From contig BTVV01000144.1 in the NCBI GenBank assembly GCA_045863855.1, forward strand, positions 1 to 14,420: 14,420 nt of DNA, read 5' to 3'. Position 1 is the stretch's first letter, and the number at the start of each line of letters is the position of its first letter. This DNA is from Planctomycetota bacterium (GTDB lineage Bacteria; Planctomycetota; SZUA-567; H5-PLA8). Below, one piece after another: positions 13,985 through 14,420 of this stretch. The notes beneath the pieces are model-generated. The model was not told the origin of the DNA, made no database searches, and was given only the letters and a program-made list of their open reading frames with translations. The position numbers and the translations under genes are program-made.

Positions 13985-14420
13985 ATGATCGCCACCGCCA
14001 CGCCTGATTTTCTGCACCGCGAGCCGGAGGCCGTATACCGCAAGAAGGCCAAGGATTACCTCAACAGCCACGCGTTGGCCGATTTCCGTAAGTGCCCGCT
14101 GCTCTACCACAAGAAGCAACTGGGCCTGATCGCCGACGAAGACAGCTCGGCCTTCGTGATGGGCCGCGCGGCGCATACGCTGATCCTGGAAGGCCGTACG
14201 GTCTTCGAGTCCACCTACGCCATCGGCGGCCCCCTCAACGAGCGGACCGGTAAGCCCTTCGGCACCGCCACCAAGGCCTGGGCGGAATGGGCCGAAGCCC
14301 AGGGCCGGCCCGTGCTCTCTCACGAACAGCTGGCCTTGGTCCAGGCGATGGCTGCCGGCGTCGCCGGGCATGCCGACGCCAAGGCGCTATTGGCCGACGG
14401 GATGCCCGAAGGCGTGGTGC
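13985..14420 (+). CDS. DUF3799-like PD-(D/E)XK exonuclease (RecE/ExoVIII-like phage recombination nuclease), 3'-truncated by the window
   Basis: GGGAGGG RBS; open frame from ATG 13985 to the edge: MIATATPDFLHREPEAVYRKKAKDYLNSHALADFRKCPLLY...AFVMGRAAHTLILEG...GKPFGTATKAWAEW...EGVV. The YLxSxxL...P..Y and GxAAHxLILE motifs are typical of this family's N-terminus. Absent from the ORF track. Confidence 0.8.
   Translation, partial: MIATATPDFLHREPEAVYRKKAKDYLNSHALADFRKCPLLYHKKQLGLIADEDSSAFVMGRAAHTLILEGRTVFESTYAIGGPLNERTGKPFGTATKAWAEWAEAQGRPVLSHEQLALVQAMAAGVAGHADAKALLADGMPEGVV

Larger units (their letters stand above)
9808..14420. mobile_element. tRNA-Gly-targeting integrative element (prophage-like/genomic island), continuing beyond the right edge
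   Basis: tRNA fragment and arm repeats, tyrosine integrase pointing toward att, excisionase-like HTH, sigma-like regulator and phage-type DUF3799-like exonuclease. Confidence 0.85.

Noticed and set aside
13856..14371. 171-aa minus-strand ORF
   Set aside because: Antisense to the better supported DUF3799-like gene starting at 13985.

Overview
High-GC bacterial window; the gene style suggests Planctomycetota/PVC, which is an inference. It has two halves joined at a tRNA-derived attachment site. The left half (1-9382) is a glycan-degradation cluster: a truncated secreted Asp-box/beta-propeller-like protein missed by the ORF track, two tandem secreted GH84-like (GH20b + TIM barrel + CBM9-like) paralogs, a divergent GntR/LacI-type regulator, and a DUF4962/heparinase II/III-like lyase. 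A short IS3-family relic follows. At 9808-9857 lies only the 3' half of tRNA-Gly(CCC). It is flanked on both sides by a 31-bp direct repeat (28/31 identical) made of tandem CCGCCAA units, which is an attP-like junction. The right half is an integrative element. It carries an orphan lower-GC PD-(D/E)XK nuclease gene (candidate defence gene) between att and the integrase, a co-oriented sigma-factor-like/excisionase-like/tyrosine integrase module, a repeat-rich divergent control region, and the start of a DUF3799-like exonuclease gene.
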